NCBI GenBank assembly: GCA_964016885.1
Contig: CAXHJY010001342.1
Coordinates: forward strand, 124,001-188,000
Reading direction: 5' to 3'
From: Eledone cirrhosa
Taxonomy: Eukaryota
Length of the DNA stretch: 64,000 bases
Part shown: piece after piece, positions 28,200 through 43,010 of the stretch
Layout of the letters: each line of letters starts with the position of its first letter
Numbering within the stretch: the first letter of the stretch is position 1
The notes under the pieces: model-generated
What the model was told of the DNA's origin: nothing
The model's database searches: none
Seen by the model: only the letters and a program-made list of their open reading frames with translations
Program-made: the position numbers and the translations under genes

Positions 28200-28560
28200 A
28201 TTGCTGCATGTCTGTTCCTCACCTACCAGACCATCAACGACAAGTGCCAACCTCATCGCTAAAACATTGGCCAAAATTTTAAATTTGTCAGCAGAATTAT
28301 GGGCCTAAATGTATCAATATTAGCCCCTTTGTTTGGGTTCTTTCTCCTCAGAGTCACCACCACTCGGCTCACAAAACTGTGACTTCTCTTGTTCTGTTGC
28401 CTGTTGGCGTAGGCGTCTGCTAAGATGTAGCCGAACAAGTCTGTCATGTTTGCATAAAGCTGATAGGACAGACCATCCAAACCACGAGATTTGCTCCTCG
28501 TGGAATTAGTCATCGCTTCCCATATTTCATCGATTTTTCGTAACAACCTCTCTCTTGCCG
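28200..28560 (-). pseudogene. LINE (L1/Tx1-like) RT remnant
   Basis: KSRGLDGLSYQLY..FRPIILL. Confidence 0.7.
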
Positions 28561-29738
28561 AGAGCAGGACGTTCCCAATAAGGTTTACATGAATACCAGC
28601 CTCTGCAGATTGGACTGAAGCAAGCTGTCTTGAGGACAGCCTCTAAGTATCGATAGAAAACCCATCCAAAGCTTTTAATTGATCAGAACCGCACCGAAGC
28701 CAATTTTACGCCCTATACACTCTATGATGTATTGTCATCGTTGCGGGCGTTAAGGTATTTCTGCAGGTTTGATAACCATAGTAATGGACATATAAAACCC
28801 AAGGAATACTTATGTATGCACTAGCATATTTGATACAGGAACACAAGAAACTTTAATTAGTTAAAATTACATTAATAATTATGAGCAGAATAGCTTTATA
28901 AATGACTAATTCTGATCACAAAATACAGCTAAAGAAACTTTCATTAATCAAAATTAATTAAATATGGAATTCTGTGCAGTAGGATTGTAGTATCTAGATA
29001 TAAGATGGTTACTAATGTGTTTTAGTACTATTGGATCTTCCCACCAAAACATTGTCGAGTCACTACCGCATATATTAAATAAGTAGAAAAATATAAAGCT
29101 GAAGACGGAGTAGGATTATAACTTAAAAAAAGACTGGTAAAAATAACCCGAGATTAGTGTTTTGTTGAGTTGTTCACATAGGCACGAACCATTTTCGGAA
29201 TTTGAACCACATTGTTAAAGACTTGACTCACCTTCTATTGAATTCTGCATTTAATTAGTTTTAATTAATTATAGTAACCGTCATCTGCCCTTTGTCTTTT
29301 AAAAATCAGAATTAGCCATTTAGAAAATTAATTTTTTAAAGTCACTTTGTGTGTAATTTAAGTTAATTATATATTTTTCTTACTACAAAACTTTATAGTA
29401 TATAGTTCTAGAAATTAAAATAAAAGAATATTTGCTAACAACGGCAGAAGTCTGGCAATTTTGGAGGAGGGGAAATTCGGTTAGACCGACACCAGTACTT
29501 GACTGGTACTATATTTTATATATCAAAATATAATAATGAAATGAAAGATAAGAAAACAGGGTTTAGTAGACCACTGCGCACAAATATTCGGAAGTAGACT
29601 AACTCTATGAAACTAGTCATAATATTCGATACCATCACACTATCTACTCTTTGCTGAGTTGACTGAACTGTTGGGAGCTGACCATGTCTCACTCTGTCCG
29701 TTATTGATTATGATATAGATTAACCTCGGCGGGATTTC

Positions 29739-30173
29739 GACTCAGAACGTAAAGAGCCATAACTCTATGCTGCGAAGCATGGTGTCTGACACTCTACCAA
29801 TACTGTCAATCCACCGCCTTTAACAGATAATAATAATGGTATTTATGCAAGAGGTAATCTATTTAGACTCAGAACGTAAAGAGCCATAACTCTATGCTGC
29901 GTAGCATGGTGTCCGACACTCTACCAATACTGCCAATCCACCGCCTTTAACAGATAATAATAATGGTATTTATGCAAGAGGTAATCTATTTAGACTCAGA
30001 ACGTAAAGAGCCATAACTCTATGCTGCGAAGCATGGTGTCTGACCCTCTACCAATACTGCCAATCCACCGCCTTTAACAGATAATAATAATGGTATTTAT
30101 GCAAGAGGTAATCTATTTAGACTCAGAACGTAAAGAGCCATAACTCTATGCTGCGAAGCATGGTGTCTGACAC
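29739..30173 (-). repeat. 127-bp tandem array (about 3.4 units) built from a SINE head plus flank
   Basis: ctcagaacgtaaagagcc at 29741, 29868, 29995 and 30122. Confidence 0.9.
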
Positions 30174-30179
30174 TTATTC

Positions 30180-30780
30180 TATAAGCATGAGGCCAGCAAT
30201 TTTGGGGGAGGGGAAAGCCGATTAAATAAACCTGCGCGCATTACTGGTACTTTATGTTATCGACCTCATAAGGATGAAAGGCAAAGCTAAACTCGGCGGG
30301 ATTTGAACTCAGAACGCAAAGGGCCGTAACTCTATGCTGTGAAGCATGTTGTCTGACGTTCTATAGATACTGCCAATCCACCGCCCTTTGTAATTCTAAT
30401 AATAGTAAATGGAAGGGCAATGGATTGGTATTATTACGGTAGAGGGTTGGACGTCATGCTTTCTAGCATAGTTACGTCCCTTTACACATCTGAGTTTAAA
30501 TCCCGCCGAGGTTAACTTTGCCTTTCATCCTTACGGGGTCGATAAAATAAAGTACCAGTAATGTACTGGGTAATTGCTGGCCTTGTGCCTAAAGTAGAAA
30601 CAATTATTAATGGAGAGTCGGATAAAATACTATTGTCATATTTGTTTTGGCGGTTCGCATTCTTAGTTCAAATACCGCCGTGTTCAACTTTGCCTTTCAT
30701 TCTTCCAGGAGTTGATTTAATCAACGTTTCCCTTCTCCCAAATTTGCTGGTCTTGTGCCTTAATTAGAAATCAATATTAG
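30180..30780. mobile_element. Cluster of three SINE copies (-,+,+)
   Basis: Same motifs as 8759-8944. Confidence 0.8.
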
Positions 30781-31280
30781 AAAATGGAAACTAGAGAAGC
30801 AAAGTAATTTAAAAACAAAACAAAATGAAGCCTTCACCTCATCCCCCACCACGGATATTCAGACCACATACCAGGTGAGAAATATTTTATTATTGCCAGA
30901 GTATTTATTTATTTATCTTTGCATCTTCGTTGTTTGTTGAAATTACATTAGTGAAGTTAGTCTTCATGTATTGAGCTTTTCTTGTCGGAGTTGTGTTCAT
31001 TTTCTTTTTCGGGTTGTCTCTATTCATTTAATTGGAATTTTATGGTTCAATGCATTTTTCCAAACAGGCATTAAATTATATTTTTATCTCTTTACTTTTC
31101 GTATTTATTTTATATTTATTTTTAATTTTAACAATCTCAATAATTCTTGGCATTAACTACAACAGCAATACTGCTAAGCACTTTTCAACCTAGAAAGATC
31201 ATTGTTGCAGGTTTAGTTGCTGACTTGGCTATATTTCATATTGTCACTATATATTTTACACTTTCTAATTTTTTACTTTG

Positions 31281-31472
31281 AGCGGTGGATTGGCAGCATC
31301 GTTAGAGGGTCGGACGCCATGCTTTGCAGCATGGAGTTACGGGCCTTTATGATCTGACTTGAAATCCCACCGGGGTTAAATTTGCCGCTCATCCTCACGG
31401 GATCAATAAAATAAAGTATCAGTAATGCATTGAGATAATTGCTGGCCTTGTGCCAAAAGTAGAAACAATATT
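31281..31472 (+). mobile_element. SINE copy
   Basis: Same family motifs. Confidence 0.8.
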
Positions 31473-31477
31473 TTTAC

Positions 31478-31865
31478 TTTGAGTGTGTGGATTTCTGACA
31501 AGTCTTTGAGTGTCTGGATTTCTGAGAAGTCTTTGAGTGTGTGGATTTCTGAGAAATCTTTGAGTGTGTGGATTTCTGAGAAGTCTTTGAGTGTATGGAT
31601 TTCTGAGAAGTCTTTGAGTGTCTGGATTTCTGAGAAGTCTTTGAGTGTGTGGATATCTGAAACGTCTTTGAGTGTGTGGATTCTGAAAAGTCTTTGAGTG
31701 AATTTCTGAGAAGTCTTTGAGTGAATTTCTGAGAAGTGTTTGAGTGGATTTCTGAGAGGTCTTTGAGTAGATTTCTCAGAAGTCTTTGAGTGTGTGTATT
31801 TCTGAGAAGACTTTGAGTCTGTGGAGATTTCTGAGAAGTCTTTGAGTGTGTGGTATTTCTGGGAA
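31478..31865. repeat. 27-bp minisatellite (tctttgagtgtgtggatttctgagaag)n with shorter variants
   Basis: Direct reading; explains the SLSVWISEK ORF. Confidence 0.9.
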
Positions 31866-32571
31866 GTTAGAATTTCACTATTGCCTGTTCATTATGAAAC
31901 TAACTCCTTTACTAAAGTTTTCTTATAAACATTGACTCACAGAAGTTTGCCGCCATCAACAGTTTGAAATAACATGTTGGAGGATTGGGTATTTCCACAA
32001 TTACTTACATTATATATGTACATATTAATATATAAATACGTATGGGTCTCATATTTTATTGTTTTATTTATATCTATTTTTGTGCATTGCTTACATGTTA
32101 ATATTAACTTCTCTAAGAGGGGCAAATTGGCAGAATTGGTAGAGCGGCCAATAAAATGCGATTGCAGTTCCACAGATTTTAGTAAATCTTGGCAAAAGTA
32201 CCTATAATAATATATGGAGAGGCGGCGATTTGGCATAGTTGTTAGAATGTAGAATAGAATGCTTTGCGGCATTTGTTCCGACTCCCTGCGCTCTCTAAAT
32301 TCAAATTCCGCCGAGGTCAACTTTGCCTTTCACCCTTCCGAGGCTGGTAAAATAAAGTACCAGTCAAATTTGCTGCTCTTGTGCCTAAACTATAATCAAT
32401 ATTAGCTCATATAATTTAACATATATATCTGAACGATTCATTTTTTTTGTAATAATATTTTCAGATTCTTAGAGTAAGCATACATGATGATAGACAGCTC
32501 TACGTTTCTGTAGCTATTTTGTCACTAAATTTTCTTTGGCACTTTTCTTTTCACATGATGTTCCTTAATAA

Positions 32572-32758
32572 CTGTTTCTACTTTTTGGGACAAGGCCAGC
32601 AATTATCCCAGTGTATTACTGGTACTTTATTTTATCGACCCCGTAAAGATGAAAGGCAAAGTTAACCTCGGCGGGATTTGAACTCAGTCCGTAAAGGGAA
32701 GTAACTCTTTGATGTAAAGCATGGCGTCCGACCCTCTACCGATACTGCCAATAACGCC
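32572..32758 (-). mobile_element. SINE copy
   Basis: Same family motifs, reversed. Confidence 0.8.
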
Positions 32759-33540
32759 AGTGTTATTCATTTCTAGAAAATCTGAGACAGTTCTTCATAA
32801 ATTTATCAATAATTTCTATGTTTACCACTAACAAATTTTCATTAGCATCATCCTAAATGCAATATTTAAAATGTATTGTCTCAAAATATTGAAATGAAAG
32901 TAAAGTACATACACCTTTTCTGTGGGGTTTGAGAGGGGAGGAAAACTATATAAAAACTAAACGACTGATTAGTAAACGAATACACATGGGTGGGAGGGTT
33001 GTAAAGAAGATTGGCTAGGCAATTTTATTTCGTATATTGATTAGTTCGGACTCGTTAAACAATTGTTCAAGCTGTGTTAGAAATCTTTTCACATACATAC
33101 AGCCGTTACATACTCCATATATAGCCTATAACAGTAGCAGAATCGATGTAAGCTTGTTGTATATTTCCATCGTTTCAAGTATATTGTAATATGCTTTGTT
33201 GTATTATATAATTAACGATTGGTTATCTAATCAATTCATTCTGTTATTGACAGGTTTATTATACTCTCGACTCTGACACTACTCCAACAAACATCAAACT
33301 TGAAACCTCCACATGTAAATATTATTATACACTATAAAACGAAAATATAATACACACATGTCACATTTAATGTTGATTAGAATTAGTTCAGTAATGGTAG
33401 TTTATGCTATATAAACTCTAACTATGCAACGAGTATTCGTATGCCCCCTCTTTTTCTCCCGTTTTATATATATACACATAGGTGCCTGTTTGTGTATGCA
33501 TATATATATATATGTGTGTGTGTGTGGATGTATGTGTGTA

Positions 33541-33581
<41 letters not shown>

Positions 33582-34289
33582 GAAAAGGTATGACCCCGAC
33601 GGCAGAGCTCAAGTTCAGAAATAGCTGTCGAAACGGCTTGGGCTCTGACGTCGGGATCATACCTTTTCCTATTACCCACTCTACTACCCTAAGTAGTGAG
33701 TACTCTGGTGCGTTATGGTCCATCTGGTTTCTTGCCACAATTCCTTCGTTATCATAATCTATAAAGCTCAGTGTGTGGTCATGCTCCTTTCTTATAGAAA
33801 TCTACGATATAGAATTTCTTCAATTGAAATTTACAATTCAATATTCGAAATAGTTTCGATTGCGTCTTGGCACATCTCATTTTTTCAATTTCACCCACAA
33901 TTACGCAAAAAATAGATAAAACTCAATATTTTACGATTTTTCTCTGTCATTTAAACTGCTAAACTTTCCACTACCATTCAAAATCTATACAACTTCATAC
34001 TTTCTGCTATTTTCTCTTTCCAAGCTTGATGGTGATACTGTCCGTATTACTCTGTCATATCATCTGCTTCCCTCTATCTACAACCCACACATTTTGCTAC
34101 TTTCTCTTTTATACTTCAAATTATTATATTTCATACGAAACGACAATTATTCAAAAGCAACAGATACATTTATTCAACAACAAGCGATAAATCTTTTTTA
34201 AAACCTCTTTTCCAAACGCATACAAACACACACTCACTTCAACAACAACAACAACAATCTGCCTTTTATAGATAATGATAAACAATAAT

Positions 34290-34565
34290 ATCCTCTATGA
34301 GGTCACTAAACCTGCTAGAAACAGCAGCTAACTCTCCCCCATATCACACCCCTCCCTACTGTCTTAAATTTAGAAAACATATATTCTATGAGGTCACTAA
34401 ACCTGCTAGAAACAGCAGCTAACTCTCCTCCATATCACACCACTCCCTACTGTCTTAAATTCAGAAAACACATATCCTCTATGAGGTTACTAAACCTGCT
34501 AGAAACAACAGCTAACTCTCCCTCATATCACAACCCTCCCTACTGTCTTAAATTTAGAAAACACA
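34290..34565. repeat. About 91-bp tandem repeat, three copies
   Basis: ctatgaggtcactaaacctgctagaaacagcagctaactctcc repeated three times. Confidence 0.9.
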
Positions 34566-34822
34566 CAGACAACCATGCAGAACAACTCCATCGCAGCTCT
34601 GTTGTCCGGCTGGCATCGTCTACGCGCGTGTTGCGCAAGTACTGTGAAACAATAAATTTCAACACTTGTTTGCACTGAGATAATATCCATAGGCGAAACT
34701 ACAATTGTCACTGCTGGCGCAGCTCCTGCTTCCAGGTCTGCAATTCATTCACCCAGTGCCTGGCAGACAAAAAAGTGCTGCCATAAAATGGGTGGTGCAA
34801 CCTAACTTTGGTAACTTAATGA

Positions 34823-34852
34823 CCCCGAGCAACGCCGGGCTTTAATGCTAGT
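34823..34852 (+). mobile_element. Possible Helitron 3' terminus
   Basis: cccgagcaacgccggg hairpin followed by CTAG and then T. Confidence 0.45.
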
Positions 34853-35305
34853 ATATATATAAATATATATATATACATACATGTATATAATAGTAGTGTA
34901 GTTAATACGAAGCATTGTGTTATATATATCATCTCTCCCTTCGTATTTTCTACTGCATTGTACACACCCCTAGTATTCTATAGACCAGTATAACCTCCCT
35001 TACATTGTCTCTCAATTAAAACATAAAAAAGTTAGCACTTCTTAACTATAAACTACCCACAATTTCTAATTTCTCGAGGAGTTACTTCCCCTGAAACCAC
35101 CTTCTAATTAGTAAGGTAAATATGTCCATTGGCGGCCATCTTGTTACCCATAGGCAGACCACACACAATGCAGCCTCGACAGAAGAATACTGCTTGACTA
35201 TGGCAGACAATAGATATATCCAGGACACCATAGTGAAATACCAATATATGGAACATTACATTCATGTAACATTCTTTCCTTATTTTAATTTATATTCCTT
35301 TTGAA

Positions 35306-35424
35306 GTTCCGATGAGCTGCTCTAATTTTACCTAAATTAATTATTTTCAACTGAACAAGATCAATAAGGATCTATAATCATTTGATCCAAAAATATTATA
35401 GGGAGTAGCGAAACAAACGTAAAC
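35306..35424 (+). ncRNA. Hammerhead motif, CCGATGA variant with long stem II insert
   Basis: gtt CCGATGA gctgctc..gagtagc GAAA caaacg TA aac. Confidence 0.55.
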
Positions 35425-35818
35425 GGACATTATTATTATTTTTGCCTTTCATCCTTACGGGATTGATAAAATAAAGTACCAGTAATGTACTGGGTAATTT
35501 GCTGGCCTTGTGCCTAAAGTAGAAACAATTATTATTATTATCTACATTCCTTACATCAAACTAAAATATGTTGACAATCTTTTAATAATGTCTTCCTTGT
35601 GAAATTTGTGGTCTTGTTTTGCTTAACTAATGAATATTTCCAGCTCTGTGCACCTAACCTCTGCATGAACCCAGCCACCTAGCTGCCTTCCAATGCATAT
35701 TGCACATTGAACACATGCCTTTATGCTTTGGCTTCTAACTAATTCACCAATCTCTCTTCTCCTCTCCCATCTCCTCTCCTATCTCCATCTCTCTCTTTAA
35801 GATTGGTTACTCTTGAAC

Positions 35819-35851
<33 letters not shown>

Positions 35852-36442
35852 GGTGCTACTGGTAACATGTATCCCAGTACAACCTGTCCCATGGTCGGGT
35901 CGTTGGCGACTAAACTGGCAACCCCACCAAGGTTTCTTGGTGAGGAGGGTGACTTTGGACATCCTGCAGGACTAAAAACAAAACCTGTCAAAGGGCAAAG
36001 GAGCTCTTAAGAGTCAATGGCCATCCAAAATCACCGGGAGAGATGACCCCTTAGCCTTTGTCAAGGCAGAATTCTAGGAGAAGGAAAACTCTGATATAAC
36101 ACCTGCAACTCTGATGGTATCCAATGATGTTGACTTGTTCTTCTTTTTGGTAAATATCATCTTGGTTAAGAGAGTGGGACTGGCTTTGTGCAGTGCCTTT
36201 GCTCACTATAAAAGCTTCACGGCACAGGCATTGCTTTATATCTGGAGATCTCTCTGCACTTGTCGTCACATGGTACCATGGGCCCAGCACTATGTGTCAG
36301 TAATTGTCACAAGTGTAGTGTTTGTACCAGAGTTTTCAAGTCGCTGGCTGGACTAAAAAGTCACACTCGTTCAGCGCATCGGTAGGGGTTCTCCTACATG
36401 GATATAAAGTAGTGGCCGTACTCGAAAACGAGTTGGCAGCCA

Positions 36443-36548
<106 letters not shown>

Positions 36549-36556
36549 ACACACAC

Positions 36557-36640
<84 letters not shown>

Positions 36641-36673
36641 TATATAAATATATATATATATATATATTATATG

Positions 36674-36722
<49 letters not shown>

Positions 36723-36811
36723 TATATATATATATGTATATATATATATATGTATGTGTATTATATATATGTATATATATATATGTATGTGTATTATATA
36801 TATATATATAC

Positions 36812-37412
36812 AAACATAAATTATCGAGATTCGCATTTCGGCCCACGAAATAACGAAAAACAACCTCCGAGATGTGCGGCAAGTGTTCAATGATTCAGAT
36901 GAACCAGAGCTATAATAAACGTTAAAGGCCAAACACACTGAGACGATGGTTAAACAATCATTTGCATAGCCCCCAAAAAACGATCAAGTAATTCGGGTAT
37001 TGAAAATGTACCCGGACCCCTGGAAGGTTGGTAAAATCCAGTATATGGGTTTCTGCGGCTCCTAAATCAAGTACCGTTCGCTTACATAAATCATATGATT
37101 CCAGTTCCTCAGTGAAATAACAACCCAACAAGGAACTGGGCATATCAGAGTATTGACAATATTATTCACCTCAACAACATATGTACTTGTCTATACCATA
37201 CTAATTCAAACTGCCTGAAGAGGTCACAGCCAAAGATGGCTGTCACTGAAATATATATAGCAGTAATAAACGAAGCTAAATTTTAATCATTTGACTTTTA
37301 TTTAACTTTATTTTACACTACTCTGGAGTAACCAAACCAACCTGCGCACTTCGTCGAGTGCGCCAGCCTGCATACTGAGGTGTTGGTATACAACCAACAT
37401 AAACTCAAAATC

Positions 37413-37415
<3 letters not shown>
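36812..37415 (+). mobile_element. Longer copy of the 9265-9578 element, HHR at 37210-37264
   Basis: Identical HHR sequence; (TA)n on both sides. Confidence 0.8.
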
Positions 37416-37492
<77 letters not shown>

Positions 37493-37497
<5 letters not shown>

Positions 37498-38367
37498 GAC
37501 GTAAAATAAAAAAATATTTTTTTAAAAAAATTTAAAAAAAATTTTTTTCTTACTTAAATTTTCACTCCAACTAATTAGTTTCTGCAATGGGATAAAGACA
37601 GTTACGTAATTCAACTGTCGAGAATTCATTGCGTCATCAGGAAGTCTATTCTCAGTTAAGTCTCCAGGCAATGCGCGGACACTGGCGGCTCATATAAAAA
37701 TAATAATAATTCGGTAAATCGAACAGCTTGCGAGGACTGAATTCTATGTACCGAAATTCTCACTGCTTCAAGTCAAATGGCCGATTCTAAAGAATCAATC
37801 ACGTGACACAGAGGCTAGTTAGAAGGAATGGGATGGTAAGATGACTGACGCCTACTAACACCCCAAAAAAAAAAATTTTTTTAGAAGTGGTTTTGACAAG
37901 TTTGCTCGACAAATCAGTGATTTGGAGATAAATATAGATAATTTAATATATCAACTAACATAAGCGCACAGATGCACGCCCATGCCAGCAAATACACAGG
38001 TTATGTCATAGTACCTAGGTGGTTCAATGCAGGAGAATGCAGAACAATAATATAAAGGACGTAAAATAAAAAAATATTTTTTTAAAAAAATTTAAAAAAA
38101 ATTTTTTTCTTACTTAAATTTTCACTCCAACTAATTAGTTTCTGCAATGGGATAAAGACAGTTACGTAATTAGTTGGAGTGAAAATTTAAGTAAGAAAAA
38201 AATTTTTTTTAAATTTTTTTAAAAAAATATTTTTTTATTTTACGTCCTTTATATTATTGTTCTGCATTCTCCTGCATTGAACCACCTAGGTACTATGACA
38301 TAACCTGTGTATTTGCTGGCATGGGCGTGCATCTGTGCGCTTATGTTAGTTGATATATTAAATTATC

Positions 38368-38372
<5 letters not shown>
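37493..38372 (-). mobile_element. Retrozyme-like 560-bp non-coding unit (1.2 tandem copies + inverted piece)
   Basis: 37493-37612 repeats at 38053-38172; 38167-38370 is inverted; (TA)n flanks. Confidence 0.75.
37564..37645 (-). ncRNA. Type-I hammerhead ribozyme with extended stem II
   Basis: acttc CTGATGA c-gcaatg..gacagtt..aactgtc..cattgc-a GAAA ctaattag TT ggagt. Confidence 0.8.
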
Positions 38373-38422
<50 letters not shown>

Positions 38423-38432
38423 TATATATATG

Positions 38433-38467
<35 letters not shown>

Positions 38468-38668
38468 GTTTTAACGTCTCCTATTCCAGACCACAGTTTA
38501 ACGTACGATGACATAATTAATATGTAATAAATTCATCTCCCTTTCGTGAGTCTTTCGTGCCAATGGATTCGTTTTGCTAATCTGTTTTTTTCATATCTTT
38601 CACGCTGCTGCTGCTGTCGCTGTTGCCGCTGTTTCTGTTTTTTTTTTCTTCTTCTTCTTCTTCTTCTT

Positions 38669-38700
<32 letters not shown>

Positions 38701-39976
38701 CATTATTATCAATATTTTCTATTAAAGTGTTTGGTATGTATCATAACCAGCATCCATAGAACAAGCAACATTCATCTTCGATTTAATCAAGTGTTCCCAT
38801 CAACGATATGTACGTGGCGAATGACAAATTTGATGATAAGCAACAGGACAACATTATTTGACATGTTTTGTTTTGTTTTGTCTTATTACGATTGAAATAG
38901 AAATCACGCCTGTAACAATATCAGGGTTGAAGCTTTGGAGCATCGATAAAAGAAGATAGGGAATTTACCATCTACTTGAGGTTGTGTGAATTTATCAGCT
39001 ACTTTAGTGCTACTAGAGACTGGTTTTCGATCGAGAACCATAACAATTGCATCTCATCATTCAACTCTGCAAATTTTACACTACAAAAATAGGTTGACAA
39101 CGCTAGTATTATGTAACAATAACCTGTTTGTAAATCATCTTACGCTAACGTTTTATCATGCTTCGTTGAAGATTAAAGCATAACTCAATTGACCGAAATC
39201 TTTTGGTTATTGAGCTAATACTTCACCGGTTAACTATATTAATCTCTAGCATTTGGAACTCATTCAGTTGAGATACATAATGGTTTTGACGCCATTAGAT
39301 TTTAGTACTTCACTATCTCAAGAGCACAACAAAACTATATTTAGAATCAAACATGAATTAGACTTTTGAAAAAGAAAATAAGATAAAACTATATTTAGAA
39401 TCAAACAAGAATTAGACTTTTGAAAAAGAAATTAAGAAAACGTCAATATCAAACATGTTGAACGTTCTGTAGTTTTTCTTGTCCATAAACTTAATATTTC
39501 AACTGTAAAGAAATGAAGCACTTCCATTGTGGTGAGATGACAGCATGGACGTTTTAAAAATGTAATCTACTTATTAACCTTCCCATTCCTTTATTCACCT
39601 TAATTCTACGTTTCTATTTTAAATCTATATACCTATTTTATATCTAAATAGCTAATTTAGATATATTCATATCAATTTTAAATATATGTATTTATTTTAA
39701 TCAATGCATCTATTTTAAATCTATACATCTCTATTAAATCTATATATCTATTTAAAATTTTTACATCTATTTTAAATTTATGTAACTTCCCCACTGTTCT
39801 TTACAGAACAGAAAATTAAACAGAATTGATATCCAATATGTTGATAGGAAGTGCTGGATGCAGCATGACCTAATGGTTAAGAAAATCGGTTCGCAATCAT
39901 TAAGTCTCGCATCTGATCCAAACGTGTGACATATTGGACAAGTATGATTTACCATGGTCTAGTTTAGAGTCAACAT

Positions 39977-40330
<354 letters not shown>

Positions 40331-40524
40331 CATATATATATATACATATATATATGAAAAGTTCATAAGCTGACTATGAACAAGTGATGTTAGAGGTGTG
40401 AAATTTTGCATGCATTAATTAAAACTCTTCTGCATTGTTTCTTTCTATGTTGAAAAATAAACCTCATTTTATCATTCTATGACAGAATCTTGGTCAGCCT
40501 ATGAACATTTCAGCCAACTCAAGT

Positions 40525-40628
<104 letters not shown>

Positions 40629-41179
40629 GCGTGTGTGTGCATGAATGTGTGCGAGGAGTCATATTTGCTAAAAAAATTAACCGTAAAGTATATCGCTTGG
40701 ACTTATTCCACTTAAGACACCATCTTTCCATCACTTCGGGAATAAAACATTTTAATTTAATAACATTGCTTATAAAGCGTCTATAGTAACGAATATACGC
40801 TATTAAAAAATAATATATAAGATTGTCGGCGTATCAAAAATTGTTAATGGATGAATAATCCTCTGTCTGGTCACTCAGTAAACGAAAAAAAAAAAAGGAA
40901 ATTTATCTTATTGCAGCAATATTTTAGTGATTTCTCTTTACTTTAAGCTTATAATTTTCCCCGACAATTAACCATATTACGAAAGTGTGTGTTCATAATA
41001 TGGATATTACCACTGTGGGGTTCAGTTAAACATCTGATTATCCTCAATAGGTGTATTTTCTTGATATTCATCATCCCAGACAGTATTCAAATTAGGAAAA
41101 CTTACTTTCCAAGCAATATTTGCAAACTTTCGTATGTATGCGTATATGTATGCTCTTCTGGTTTTATTATTTCATACAT

Positions 41180-41568
41180 CGCTAGAGGGTCGGACGTCAT
41201 GCTTTGCAGCAAAGAGTTACGGCCCTTTATGGTCTGAGTTCAAATCCCGCTGAGGTTAACTTTGCCTTTCATCCTTACGGGGTCGATACAATAAAGTACC
41301 AGTAATGCACTGGAATAATTGCCGGCCTTGTGCCAAAAGCAGAAATAATTATTTCTTACATTTTCAGGGAGGTGGAGTGGCAGAATCGGTAGAGCGTCGG
41401 ACACCTTGCTTCGCGGCACAGTTACGTCTCTTTACGTTCTGAGTTCAAATCCCGCCGAGGTTAGTTTTTCCTTTCATCCTTACGGAGTCGATAAAATAAG
41501 GTACCATTGATGCACTTTCCCATCCCTCCAGAATTGTTGGCCTTGTGCTTAAATCAGAAACCATTATT
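41180..41568 (+). mobile_element. Two tandem SINE copies
   Basis: Same family motifs. Confidence 0.8.
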
Positions 41569-42629
41569 TCATATATTTTCACCTATATATATATTTGTCG
41601 AGTCAAAATCCATTGCATGTTGATATAGTCTTCGATTTCCCCTAACAAAATTTGATCAATTCTATATTCTCTCTCTATATATAAAGAAAAAGTATCAACG
41701 TGCTATGGTAGTATTAATTCATAATTAAATTATTACTTCACATATACTGTAATAATTAATCTATCCATTTAGGGTTTAAGAAGCAATATTTATTATGTCA
41801 AATATGTTCATTATATGTCAATTACAACAGGGACCCTTCCCTTTTTTGTGCTTGTAATCCATTTTAGGGATTGTAATTTGAAGTAACCAAATGTAATTCA
41901 ACACACACTGTATCTCCCTATTCCTCCCTTTTCTTCCATCTTCCTCTCTCCTTATATATACATAACTATATAACACAATTGAATATACATGCTTGTTTGT
42001 ATATATAAATAGTTATAAATATGATACAATACATTTTTCATGTATGCAGCTATCAATTTATCACATGTAGCTCCTTGCAATTTTGGCTTTCAATAATAAA
42101 ACCTACTCTATTGTAAAAAAACAACAACAAAAAACCCCAATAAAAACAATCTAAAAGTATATTACAAAATTTAAACTAAACATAATAACAACGGGTAAAA
42201 ATAAATAGAATCACCGAATCCATTCGGATTTCTGTCAGATTTAAAATTTTCTTCCTGAGAAAAATTGCTGCAAAAGCGAATTCAAAACTTTCCTGTAAAC
42301 ATATTTGTGAAATGAAATTAATCTTTTAAAGTGTATGAGAACACGTTGTGATCTTTAATGTTTTAGTCTTTTTTACTGTCAAGCGAAACTAAAATATGTT
42401 GTTGAGTGTTTACATTTCTTGAGATATGTAAGTTGAAGTTATGTATCAAATAGCATAATTTCATTATAGCAATCTATTTAGGAGAGTTTTGGTAGACCAA
42501 ATTTGTGAATTATAGTAAATGATTAAATGCTTTGGCATGTGCATCCCATCATCACACCTTTGTTTTTCTTTTAGATACATGATTCTCAATAATTTAAAAG
42601 TGATTCTCAAATGTAATTATATGTAAGTA

Positions 42630-43010
42630 TTTGTGCCAGTCTTTACCTATGGTTATGATTCTTGGGTAATGGCCGAAAGAATACGATCGCGAATGCAAGC
42701 AGTCGAAATGGGATTTCTCCGAAGGGTCTTTGGGGCATCGTTAATCGATAATGGGCGTAGATCGGAGATCAGTGAGTCACTCCGGGTAGAGCTGATATTT
42801 TTCAGAATTATCACAGCTCGGATACTATGGGCATGTGGTTAGAATATCTCAGTAAAGAATCGCTAGACAGATTTAACGGGCAAAATCAATCGACAGGAGA
42901 CCCTGGGGTAGACCCCGAGCAAGATGGTTGGATAATATCCATGAGCTTGGCTGGTCACGCTTGGGGATTCAGCCGGATCGGTTGGAGGCGGCTGATTCTG
43001 ACAGAAATTG
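42630..43010 (+). pseudogene. RTE-clade LINE 3' end remnant
   Basis: TYGYDSWVMAERIRSRMQAVEMGFLRRV, then YGHVVR and RPWGRPRARWLDNI in a shifted frame. Confidence 0.8.

Noticed and set aside
31478-31865. CRISPR-like array
   Set aside because: Contiguous 27-bp repeats with no unique spacers, in eukaryotic DNA
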